Shown: piece after piece, positions 9,234 through 17,856 of the stretch
How positions within the stretch are numbered: position 1 is the stretch's first letter
How the letters are laid out: the number at the start of each line of letters is the position of its first letter
Origin: Casimicrobiaceae bacterium
Lineage (GTDB): Bacteria; Pseudomonadota; Gammaproteobacteria; Burkholderiales; Casimicrobiaceae
DNA length: 30,992 bases
Reading direction: 5' to 3'
NCBI GenBank assembly: GCA_035601875.1
Contig: DATNNK010000220.1
Coordinates: 1-30,992, forward strand
Translations under genes and position numbers: made by a program
The notes under the pieces: model-generated
Databases searched by the model: none
What the model saw: only the letters and a program-made list of their open reading frames with translations
Told to the model about the DNA's origin: nothing

Positions 9234-11348
9234 CTACTCGATCGGAATCGCGCTTATTGCCAGGACCCCTTGCAGGGCCTGATTGAACAAGCGACCCGCG
9301 TCCTCAGGGAGCAAGTAGCGATTTTGCACCAGCTGGTTGATTATGTTGAGAGCGCTGTAATAATAGCCGACGAACGTATAGCGTTCCGCCAGCGAAGGTC
9401 TTGGGTCGCCATTCGCCATACGATCCGCCTGCGTCTTGGCGAAGGGAACGAAGCCGCCGGTAAAGGCGCAGATTCTGCCTTTGTTATAACCGGTCGTCAC
9501 GACGTTCCAGCCGGTGTAGGTGCCCAAGGGCAACTGATGCAGCACCGAGGGAATGCCTGCGACTTCGTTGCCGTCCGAGTTGACCTTGACGACGTAGGTT
9601 GGAATCACCTGCTTGATCGCTGGCGGTTCCTGGGAAATGACACCCGACATATCGTTGTAGAGGAACGCTGGCCCGAAATCCTGGTCGACCATCGAGTTGA
9701 CGAGTCCGTCGATGGACGGCACGCCGGGGATGGTCGGGAACCCGGTGGCAGCTTTGGTCGCGGCTACGAGCGTGCCATCGGCAAGACGCGGATAGACGCT
9801 CGGCGGTGGATCGATTCCCTTCGTGACCCAATCGCTCAAGGCGACGAAGAGCGCGCGCTGCGTTTCGGTCTCCGGGTTGGGATTGTTCTGCAGCAGACAC
9901 GCGCCGCCGGTGCCGCCGGCGCTACCTGTACTCAGACCGAAGCCACCGGCACCGCCGCCATGAGACGTTCCCGGCATGTAGTACCTGCGCACCTCCGGGG
10001 CAAGCGGAATATCCGCCTTGGCGTCGGTGCCGATCAATCCCGGCGACATGCGCAGGTCCCAGAACTCGGTCGCGCCGAACGATTCGACGATCTTCGGGCA
10101 AGTAAGGCTTATGCGGCACCGGTCGAGCATGCCCGCGGTCTGTCTACTACGCGTGGTGTCCTTGTAGTCTTCCCACCATAGCGCGGGCTCGCTGCCGGGC
10201 TCGTACAACGTCGCGGCGCCGCCAGGGAACGCCCATCGGAAATTAATCGGCGTCTGACGCGCCGCGATGTAGTCGTTGATGCCTTGAATGACGGTGCGCC
10301 TCGACTCGTCTTCGTTGAATCCAAGATGTACGAATGTCTTCAGCGCGTTGCCCGCCTGCGAGGTGCCTTCGGCGAGCACGAACTGAAGGCCGCCGGCAAC
10401 CGGATTCACCGTCCCCATATCGTCCGCCGTCGCGTTGCGGAAGAACGACATCACGTCGCGCATCGCGGCCAAGCCGACGCCGAGAACCATCGGGTCCTTT
10501 GCCGTATAGACGAGCTCATACAGCAGCGTCGGATCTACGCCGTTTTTTAGACAGATCCTGGTCGGGTCCGCGGTACCGGGGAACGGCACCGTGCGGCAAT
10601 CGGCCCAGGCCCAGTCTGTGCTGGCGACGGCCGCGACCGCGCCGGTGACTGCCGTCTGAGATTCCGCGGCATGCGTCGTCAGCGTCGCCTTGGTCGTGTC
10701 CAGGCTCGCTGGTGCGTAGAAGTTCGCGGTAAATGCCCCCGGCGGAACGCTGGTCAACGCGACCGTCGTCGTGTTTGCCGGCTCGTTCCAGAAGCGGAAT
10801 ATCACCGGTCCGGTGATGCTCGATCCGTCGGGATTTTTCGCGATGGGTACCTGCACGGTCTCGTTGGCCGCGTTGGGCAACGGCACCACGTCGCCCTGCC
10901 ATCCGCTCCACAGCAGGGTGTAGCCGCGTTTCTGCATGAACCCGTCGCCGGGATCGCCGCCGATGCTATACGGAAAATTACGGCTGCCCCGATTGACGAC
11001 GTTGTAGAACAGCACACCGTTACCCTTACTCACGTCGATCGGTTTGATCAGCGTGAACGTGGCGGTGTATTCGATGTTGCCGCGCGCGTTGCGCGGGGCG
11101 AACTGGATGTCGGTGATGATGGCGTTGTGCGGATCGTTGGGGTTGATCTCGCCAAACGCGGTGCCGACGAGCTTCTCGTACTGGCCTACGCTTGCGAACG
11201 CCTGGCCGGAGTATGTCGGCGACTCCTTGGTCGCGACGACGATCTTGGTGACACGCGCCTCGGCTTGCGTCGCCATCCGTACGGCGAAGGCAAGTAAGCC
11301 AGGCAGCGCGAACCGGCCGCGTGCGCGGCCACTTTTATCGGACCTCAT
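9234..11348 (-). CDS. large exported alpha/beta-hydrolase-domain protein (about 704 aa)
   Basis: Signal peptide ending AEA-RV, YNVVNRG, GWQGD, LGVGLAAMRD, GTSQAG nucleophile-like motif, YYMPGTSHGGG His, PLGTYTGWN, DPRPSLAERY. Start moved to the ATG at 11348 after a GGAGGA RBS. Confidence 0.82.
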   Translation of the reverse strand: MRSDKSGRARGRFALPGLLAFAVRMATQAEARVTKIVVATKESPTYSGQAFASVGQYEKLVGTAFGEINPNDPHNAIITDIQFAPRNARGNIEYTATFTLIKPIDVSKGNGVLFYNVVNRGSRNFPYSIGGDPGDGFMQKRGYTLLWSGWQGDVVPLPNAANETVQVPIAKNPDGSSITGPVIFRFWNEPANTTTVALTSVPPGAFTANFYAPASLDTTKATLTTHAAESQTAVTGAVAAVASTDWAWADCRTVPFPGTADPTRICLKNGVDPTLLYELVYTAKDPMVLGVGLAAMRDVMSFFRNATADDMGTVNPVAGGLQFVLAEGTSQAGNALKTFVHLGFNEDESRRTVIQGINDYIAARQTPINFRWAFPGGAATLYEPGSEPALWWEDYKDTTRSRQTAGMLDRCRISLTCPKIVESFGATEFWDLRMSPGLIGTDAKADIPLAPEVRRYYMPGTSHGGGAGGFGLSTGSAGGTGGACLLQNNPNPETETQRALFVALSDWVTKGIDPPPSVYPRLADGTLVAATKAATGFPTIPGVPSIDGLVNSMVDQDFGPAFLYNDMSGVISQEPPAIKQVIPTYVVKVNSDGNEVAGIPSVLHQLPLGTYTGWNVVTTGYNKGRICAFTGGFVPFAKTQADRMANGDPRPSLAERYTFVGYYYSALNIINQLVQNRYLLPEDAGRLFNQALQGVLAISAIPIE

Positions 11349-11548
11349 GATGGTTCCTCCAATGTCAATTGACAAACGCCGGTGACCTGCAGGCCTCACT
11401 CGAAGCTTACTCGAATCGGTTCGTCGATCTTGGTCGGTCGACTGTTTTGGTGCCCGCACCGTGGCTCCGCACGGCCGGAGTCTCGTCAGCGCTTGGTATT
11501 GAAGCCGATCGTAATTTATAATGCCAACAAATAATTTTGATCACAGAA

Positions 11549-11563
11549 ATCGGCTTTTTCGAT
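11549..11563. promoter_or_regulatory. possible LysR-type T-N11-A site (ATC-N9-GAT) overlapping the regulator start codon
   Basis: ATCGGCTTTTTCGAT in the AT-rich divergent region. The motif is degenerate, so support is weak. Confidence 0.3.
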
Positions 11564-12479
11564 GAATATAAACCTCCGTCAATTGCGCGCTTTCGTCTCG
11601 ATCAGCCATCTCGGGGGTTTCACCAAGGCCGCCGAGGCGCTCCACGCCACGCAGCCTACATTGAGCGCCCAGATCAACCAGCTCGAGGAATCCCTGGGCG
11701 TGCGACTCTTCGATCGCAGCACGCGATCGGTAACGCTGACTCAGGTGGGGAGAGATCTGCTCCCCGTGGTGGACAAGGTATTGAGCGATCTCGCGGCGGT
11801 CGCGGTGCGCGCGCGCGATGTCGCGCAGAAGAACACCGGACGCGTCGTCGTGGCAGCGTTACCATCGATCTCGTCGACGCTGTTGCCGCAGGCGATTGCC
11901 GGCTTCCTGAAGACTTACCCCGGCATCTCTATCAGTCTCAAGGACGCTCTGGCGGAACGCATCGTTGACATGATCCGCTCCGACGAAGTGGATTTCGGGA
12001 TCAGCAGCTCCGCGATGAACGATCCGCAGATCGAGTTCACGCCGCTTGCGACGGACAGGATGGTATTGGTGCTGCCGCGCGGGCATAAACTCGCGAAATC
12101 CGCGAAGATTTCTCTCGAAGATCTGCTCGATGTTCCATTGATTTTCATGAATCGGGACAGCAGCGTGCGCCGGATCCTCGACGATGCCTACGCGTCGGCC
12201 GGACAGCCCGCGACCCCTTCGTACGAAGCCGCGTTCATGTCCACTGCCATCGGCATGGTCCGTGCAGGCCTCGGTGTGACCTTGCTGCCTTCATCTGCGC
12301 TCGAGGTGAAGACAGCGTCGGACTTGGTCTGCGGTGCGATCAATCACCCGAAGCTCAAGCGAAAGATCGGGATATTGCGTAAACGCCGGCAGTCATTCTC
12401 GCCTGCGGCGGCCTCCTTCGCAGCGTCCTTGCACGCGCTTTCCCGCGACTGGTTCAGGTCCGAGGCGGAGCTGCGATAG
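11562..12479 (+). CDS. LysR-family transcriptional regulator
   Basis: NLRQLRAFVSISHLGGFTKAAEALHATQPTLSAQINQLEESLGVRLFDRSTRSVTLT HTH plus substrate-binding domain. Divergent from the hydrolase operon. Confidence 0.95.
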   Translation: MNINLRQLRAFVSISHLGGFTKAAEALHATQPTLSAQINQLEESLGVRLFDRSTRSVTLTQVGRDLLPVVDKVLSDLAAVAVRARDVAQKNTGRVVVAALPSISSTLLPQAIAGFLKTYPGISISLKDALAERIVDMIRSDEVDFGISSSAMNDPQIEFTPLATDRMVLVLPRGHKLAKSAKISLEDLLDVPLIFMNRDSSVRRILDDAYASAGQPATPSYEAAFMSTAIGMVRAGLGVTLLPSSALEVKTASDLVCGAINHPKLKRKIGILRKRRQSFSPAAASFAASLHALSRDWFRSEAELR

Positions 12480-12488
12480 CGCGAATGC

Positions 12489-13676
12489 TCACGTTTGCGC
12501 CGGAATCGCCCGCACCGACAGCACGCCCTGGATCGCCGAGATCGCATCGACCACCGATGGTTGTACCGGGCTGTCGACGTCGACCAGCGTGTACGCCATT
12601 TCGCCCCGCGATTTGTTCACCATGTTGTGGATGTTGAGCCCGGCGTGTGCCATGGTCGTGGAAATCTGTCCCAACATGTTGGGCACATTCGCGTTGGCGA
12701 TGGCGACGCGATAGGGTGACTCCCGCGGCATGTCGACGTTGGGGAAATTGACCGCGTTGGCGATGGCGCCGTTTTCCAGATATTCGCGCACCTGATCGAC
12801 GACCATGACCGCGCAATTCTCCTCCGCTTCCTCCGTCGACGCGCCCAAGTGCGGCAGCGCAGCGACACCGGGCTGGTGCAGCAGCTTGGCACTCGGAAAG
12901 TCGCAGAGGTAATACTTGAGACGGCGCGCGCGCATCGCCGCGATCACCGCATCCTCGTCGACGATGCCGTCGCGAGCGAAGTTGAGGAGCGCCGCGCCAC
13001 TCTTCATGACCGCCAGCCGCTGGTCGTCGATCAGGTGTCGCGTGACGTCGAGCAAGGGCACGTGCAGGGTGACGAAATCCGACTGCTTGAGGAGCTCCTC
13101 GATGCTGTTGGCTTTGCGCACCGTCGACGGCAGCCGCCACGCCGCGTCGACGGTGATCTCCGGATCGAAGCCGACGACCTTCATCCCGAGCTTGATGGCG
13201 GTGTCGGCCACGAGGCTGCCGATCGCTCCCAGGCCGATGATGCCCAGCGTTCGGTTGGGTAGCTCCACGCCCGCGAACTGCTTTTTCGCGTCCTCGACAC
13301 TTTTTTCCAGGTTCGGCGCCGCGGCATCCAGCTTCGCCACGTAGTCGAGCGCGGGAATCAGGTTGCGCGCCGCCGTCAGCAGGGCTGCCAGCACCAGCTC
13401 CTTCACCGCGTTGGCGTTGGCGCCGGGCGCATTGAACACTGGCACGCCGCGCTTGGACATCGCGTCGACCGGAATGTTGTTCGTTCCCGCGCCGGCGCGG
13501 CCGATTGCCTTGACGCTGGCCGCAATCTCCATCGTGAGCATGTCGAACGAGCGCACGAGTATGGCGTCGGGATGCTCTACCGCCTTCCCGACCGCGTAGC
13601 GCGCGTTCGGAAGGCGGTGCAGCCCCTGACTGGATATCTGGTTGAGGGTAAGGACGTGGTAGCGGGTGTCAGCCAT
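12489..13676 (-). CDS. serA: D-3-phosphoglycerate dehydrogenase with C-terminal ACT domain
   Basis: [60 protein letters not shown] tail [10 protein letters not shown]. Overlaps the end of serC. Confidence 0.92.
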   Translation of the reverse strand: MADTRYHVLTLNQISSQGLHRLPNARYAVGKAVEHPDAILVRSFDMLTMEIAASVKAIGRAGAGTNNIPVDAMSKRGVPVFNAPGANANAVKELVLAALLTAARNLIPALDYVAKLDAAAPNLEKSVEDAKKQFAGVELPNRTLGIIGLGAIGSLVADTAIKLGMKVVGFDPEITVDAAWRLPSTVRKANSIEELLKQSDFVTLHVPLLDVTRHLIDDQRLAVMKSGAALLNFARDGIVDEDAVIAAMRARRLKYYLCDFPSAKLLHQPGVAALPHLGASTEEAEENCAVMVVDQVREYLENGAIANAVNFPNVDMPRESPYRVAIANANVPNMLGQISTTMAHAGLNIHNMVNKSRGEMAYTLVDVDSPVQPSVVDAISAIQGVLSVRAIPAQT

Positions 13677-14748
13677 ATCGTCTTTCGAAATCCTTCATGT
13701 ATGCGACCAGCGCCTGCACGCCTTCGATGGGCATGGCGTTGTAGATAGAAGCTCTCATGCCGCCGACCGAACGATGCCCCTTGAGCTGCACCATGCCGTG
13801 TTCCTTGGCGCCCTTGAGGAACGCATCGTCCTGCGACTCGTCCTTGAGCCGGAAGGGAATGTTCATGCGCGAACGATCCTGTTTGCGCACCGGGCTGCTG
13901 TAAAACCCGCTGCCGTCGAGATAATCATAGACAAGCGCCGCCTTGGCGACATTCTTCTTCTCGATCGCCGCCAATCCGCCCTGCGCCTGCAGCCATTCGA
14001 ACACCAGGCCGGCGACATAAATGGCGTAGGTCGGCGGCGTGTTGAGCATGGAATCGGCCTCCGCCTGTTCTTTCCAGTTGAATGCGGAAGGGGTCAAGCT
14101 CATCGCGCGACCGAGCAGATCATCGCGCACGATCACCAGCGTGAGCCCGGCCGGACCCATATTCTTTTGCGCCCCGCCGTAGATCACGCCGTACTTCGCG
14201 ACGTCGATGACCCGCGACAGGATATGCGAGGACATATCCGCCACCACGGACGCGTCGCCGGTGTCGGGATCCCACTGATACTCGACACCGCCGATGGTTT
14301 CGTTGGTGCAGACGTGAACGTATGCGGCATCCTTCGAGAGCTGCCAGGTCTCCTGCGCAGGCACGTAGGTGAAATGCTTGTCTTCCGCCGACGCGGCAAT
14401 GTTGACCGTGCAGTATTTCTTCGCTTCCTTGATCGATTTCTTGGACCACTCTCCGGTGTTGACGTAGTCCGCCACCGATCGGCTGCCGAGAAGGTTCATC
14501 GGCACGATGGCATTTTCGGCGACCGCCCCGCCTTGCAGGAACAGAACCTTGTAGTTGGCGGGAATCGCCAGCAATGCGCGCAGATCGGCCTCGGCCTTGT
14601 CGGCGATGCTGATGAATTCCTTGCCGCGATGACTCATTTCCATCACCGACATGCCGCTACCATGCCAATCCAGCATTTCGGCGGCGGCCTTGCGCAACAC
14701 TTGTTCCGGCATGACCGCGGGGCCGGGACTGAAATTGAACACTCGCAT
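13669..14748 (-). CDS. serC: phosphoserine aminotransferase
   Basis: [48 protein letters not shown] (PLP Lys), [20 protein letters not shown]. Confidence 0.97.
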   Translation of the reverse strand: MRVFNFSPGPAVMPEQVLRKAAAEMLDWHGSGMSVMEMSHRGKEFISIADKAEADLRALLAIPANYKVLFLQGGAVAENAIVPMNLLGSRSVADYVNTGEWSKKSIKEAKKYCTVNIAASAEDKHFTYVPAQETWQLSKDAAYVHVCTNETIGGVEYQWDPDTGDASVVADMSSHILSRVIDVAKYGVIYGGAQKNMGPAGLTLVIVRDDLLGRAMSLTPSAFNWKEQAEADSMLNTPPTYAIYVAGLVFEWLQAQGGLAAIEKKNVAKAALVYDYLDGSGFYSSPVRKQDRSRMNIPFRLKDESQDDAFLKGAKEHGMVQLKGHRSVGGMRASIYNAMPIEGVQALVAYMKDFERRYG

Positions 14749-14791
14749 GAGATGGATCCGGGGTTATGCCGTCGCGACCGAACGCAACCAA

Positions 14792-14823
14792 CAATGCACG
14801 TTGTTGTCAATGCACATCGTTGT
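14792..14823. repeat. 16-bp tandem direct repeat x2 upstream of serC
   Basis: CAATGCACGTTGTTGT followed by CAATGCACATCGTTGT (14/16 identical). It overlaps the inverted repeat CAACAA-N6-TTGTTG at 14789-14806. Confidence 0.6.
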
Positions 14824-14930
14824 ATATGGCTGGAGTGCGATTTTACTGCATTGGCGCGCTTGCGTAGGGTCGCCGCGTGCGCAATGCGCAGCGCTTGTCT
14901 GATCGGCCAGCTATCCCATAAGATGCGCCC

Positions 14931-15749
14931 ATGATTGCTCGCGTTGTGCGGCACTTGCTCACCCTCCTGCTGTTGGCCGCCGCACAAGCGCTCGCCCAAG
15001 CGCCGCAAACGGTGTTTCTCGACGAGCTGACCTCGAGCGAGCTCCGGGATCAGGTCCGCGCCGGACGGAGGACGATCATCGTTCCGATCGGGGGAACCGA
15101 GCAGAACGGTCCGCACATGGTGCTCGGCAAACATAACGTCCGGGTCAAGGTTCTGGCCGAGAAAATTGCGCTTGCGCTTGGCGACGCACTGGTAGCACCG
15201 GTGATGGCCTACGTGCCTGAGGGCGGCATCAGCCCGCCGACGTCGCACATGCGCTTTCCCGGCACGATCAGCATTCCGGACCAGACATTTCAGCAAATAC
15301 TTGAATATGCCGCGCGAAGCCTTAAGCTGCACGGCTTTCGCGACATCGTTTTCCTCGGTGACCACGGCGGCTACCAGAAGGACGAGCAAGCGGTCGCCGA
15401 TCGCCTGAACCGGGAATGGGCGTCGGCACCGACGCGGGTGCATGCGCTGCCCGAATACTACCGAGCGGCCGCGATCGCGTATGCGGAAGCGCTGCGGCAA
15501 CGCGGCTACCCGAATGATGAAATCGGCACCCATGCAGGGCTCGCCGACACTTCGCTCGCGCTGGCCATCGATCCGCGCCTGGTTCGGCGCGACTTCTTGC
15601 GCTCCGCGCGGGCTCCCGGTGTCGATCGCGCGAGCGAAGGCGTGACCGGTGACCCGCGTCGTGCCAGCGCCGAGCTGGGCCAAGTCGGCGTCGACGCCAT
15701 CGTTGCCCAGACAGTCGACGCGATCAAACGCGCGACGGCGAGACGCTAA
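14931..15749 (+). CDS. creatininase-family protein with signal peptide
   Basis: N-terminal LLTLLLLAAAQALA, IIVPIGGTEQNGPHM, HMRFPGTISI, GDHGGY, THAGLADTS, GVTGDPRRASAELG. Confidence 0.85.
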   Translation: MIARVVRHLLTLLLLAAAQALAQAPQTVFLDELTSSELRDQVRAGRRTIIVPIGGTEQNGPHMVLGKHNVRVKVLAEKIALALGDALVAPVMAYVPEGGISPPTSHMRFPGTISIPDQTFQQILEYAARSLKLHGFRDIVFLGDHGGYQKDEQAVADRLNREWASAPTRVHALPEYYRAAAIAYAEALRQRGYPNDEIGTHAGLADTSLALAIDPRLVRRDFLRSARAPGVDRASEGVTGDPRRASAELGQVGVDAIVAQTVDAIKRATARR

Positions 15750-15806
15750 CCACGCATCAAGGACGTGCTACATCTTTTCCGATCCGAGGAGGTCCAAGGA
15801 GTGCTT

Positions 15807-17000
15807 GTGAAGCGGCGCTTGCATCGGCCTTGGTTGTTGCTGGCGGCTCTCGCCGTCGCGGTTTCGGCCAAGTCCGGCCTCGCCCAAATCGCTCCGCGCC
15901 AAGCGGGGAGCGGACCCGCGCCTGCGGTCGCCGTCGCGCCAGGCATGCCGGCGGTCGTCGACGCCAACAATCTTTACAGCGAAACCGCCAGTGGAAGGAT
16001 GAGCGCGGCGGTCAGCGGCGCGCTGGAGCGCGTGTACGTGCCGAACCTCCAATCGAACGATGTGTACGTGATCGACCCGGCGACATTCAAAGTCGTCGAC
16101 CGTTTCAAGGTCGGCGTCAATCCGCAGCACGTCGTGCCCTCCTGGGACCTGCGCACGCTCTGGGTTGCCAATAATGCGGAGGGTCGCACCGATGGCGCGC
16201 TGACTCCGATCGACCCGAAGACCGGTAAGCCGGGCAAGGCGAAACCCGTGGACGATCCTTACAATATGTACTTCACGCCCGACGGCAGCTCGGCAATCGT
16301 GGTTGCCGAAGCGCTCAAGCGGCTCGACTTCCGCGATCCTCAGACCATGGTGCTGCAGTCGTCGTTGCCCACGCCACAGTGCGACGGCATCAATCACGCG
16401 GACTTCGCAATCGATGGCAGTTATGCGATCTTCACCTGCGAATTCGAGGGCGGCCTGGTCAAGATCGACCCGGTCAACCGGAAGGTACTGGGCTACTTGA
16501 AGCTTTCCAAGCGAGGCATGCCGCAGGATATCCGCGTCTCGCCCGATGGCAAACTGTTCTACGTTGCGGACATGATGGCCAACGGCGTGTTCGTGGTGAA
16601 CGGGGAAACGTTCACCGAAATCGGTTTCGTTGCCACCGGCGTGGGCACGCACGGCTTGTACCCGAGCCGCGACGGCAAGAAGCTCTACATCACCAACCGC
16701 GGTTCGAACAAGATCCACGGACCGCCGCACGGCAAAGGAAGCGTGTCGGTGCTCGATTTCGCGACCCGCAAGGTCGAGGCGACGTGGCCGATCCCGGGCG
16801 GTGGCAGCCCCGACATGGGAAACGTCAGCGCCGACGGCAAGCTGTTGTGGGTCTCCGGCCGGTACGACAACGTCGTCTACGCCATCGACACCACCAGCGG
16901 CTCGGTCAAGACGATACGTGTCGGCACCGAACCGCATGGATTGACGGTCTGGCCACAGCCGGGCCGCTATTCGCTCGGTCACACCGGCAATATGCGCTGA
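15807..17000 (+). CDS. exported YVTN/YncE-type beta-propeller repeat protein
   Basis: GTG start after an AAGGAG RBS, signal peptide, repeated blades (VYVPN..SNDVYVIDP, LFYVADMM, GTHGLYPSRDGKKLYITNRGS, VSADGKLLWVSG, VGTEPHGL). Confidence 0.85.
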   Translation: MKRRLHRPWLLLAALAVAVSAKSGLAQIAPRQAGSGPAPAVAVAPGMPAVVDANNLYSETASGRMSAAVSGALERVYVPNLQSNDVYVIDPATFKVVDRFKVGVNPQHVVPSWDLRTLWVANNAEGRTDGALTPIDPKTGKPGKAKPVDDPYNMYFTPDGSSAIVVAEALKRLDFRDPQTMVLQSSLPTPQCDGINHADFAIDGSYAIFTCEFEGGLVKIDPVNRKVLGYLKLSKRGMPQDIRVSPDGKLFYVADMMANGVFVVNGETFTEIGFVATGVGTHGLYPSRDGKKLYITNRGSNKIHGPPHGKGSVSVLDFATRKVEATWPIPGGGSPDMGNVSADGKLLWVSGRYDNVVYAIDTTSGSVKTIRVGTEPHGLTVWPQPGRYSLGHTGNMR

Positions 17001-17061
17001 TTCGAAATCGCGATGCTGCCATTTACCCTCCGCCGCACCAGACAAGAGGAACCAGAAAACA

Positions 17062-17529
17062 ATGATCAGCGATAGCTTGCTGCAAGGGGTGTACCTGTTC
17101 GCCGACTTGAGTGCCGACGAGCGCGCTTCGTTGGCGAAGATCGCCGAAGAGATGACCTTATCGGCCGGGTTCCCGATTTTTAGCACGGGTGATCCCGCCA
17201 CCGCGCTCTACCTCATCAAGGATGGATCGGTCCGTGTAGCGGTCACATCTTCCGGCGGCAAGACGGTCGACGTCGCGACGCTGGGCTCCGGATCGCACTT
17301 CGGCGAGATGGCGCTCATCGACGGCGCGAAGCGTTCCGCGACCGCGGTGACGCTCGAGCCGACGTCGATGTTCCGCTTCGATTACGACAAGGTCACGACG
17401 CTGCTCGATCGGTCACCGGCGACCGCCGCCAAGCTCTATCGTTCGCTGGCGCGCTTTCTGTCCAACCGCTTGCGCCAGACGACGACCGACATGAGCTACG
17501 CGCGGGAGAAGAACCTCCGCCACTTCTAG
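17062..17529 (+). CDS. stand-alone cyclic-nucleotide-binding domain protein
   Basis: YLFADLS, IFSTGDPATALYLIKDGSV, phosphate-binding cassette FGEMALIDGAKRSATA. 155 aa with no Crp-type HTH. Confidence 0.88.
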   Translation: MISDSLLQGVYLFADLSADERASLAKIAEEMTLSAGFPIFSTGDPATALYLIKDGSVRVAVTSSGGKTVDVATLGSGSHFGEMALIDGAKRSATAVTLEPTSMFRFDYDKVTTLLDRSPATAAKLYRSLARFLSNRLRQTTTDMSYAREKNLRHF

Positions 17530-17540
17530 GGCGACGGGCT

Positions 17541-17821
17541 ATGCCCAAGCTCCGATGGTGGTTGCGCCAACTCGGCCCGGGTTTGGTCACCGGCGCGGCG
17601 GACGACGATCCGAGCGCCATCGCGACGTATTCGCAGGCAGGCGCGAAGTTCGGATACGCAACGGCGTCATCTCCGTTCCGGTGCTCACCGTCATGATGCT
17701 GCTCGCGGGCAACGCCAGGGTGATGGGGGAATTCGTGTCGAGCCCACGGCTCGAAATGCGCTGGCTGGCGACGGCGGTGATGACGGCGCCAGTGTGCGCC
17801 ATGTTTTTTGCAACTGACTGA
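17541..17821 (+). pseudogene. Nramp/MntH divalent metal transporter remnant with a large internal deletion and frameshift
   Basis: Frame from 17541: MPKLRWWLRQLGPGLVTGAADDDPSAIATYSQAGAKFGY (Nramp TM1 motif), stop at 17694-17696. A second frame from 17660 reads NGVISVPVLTVMMLLAGNARVMGEFVSSPRLEMRWLATAVMTAPVCAMFF, resembling the Nramp C-terminal helices. Confidence 0.85.
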
Positions 17822-17856
17822 ATAGATGCGTCGTAACCTGGTTGCGTCACTCGCTG

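Noticed and set aside
14749-14930. Possible serC leader RNA motif
   Set aside because: That motif is described from Alphaproteobacteria and I could not match it by eye. Only the repeat itself is reported.
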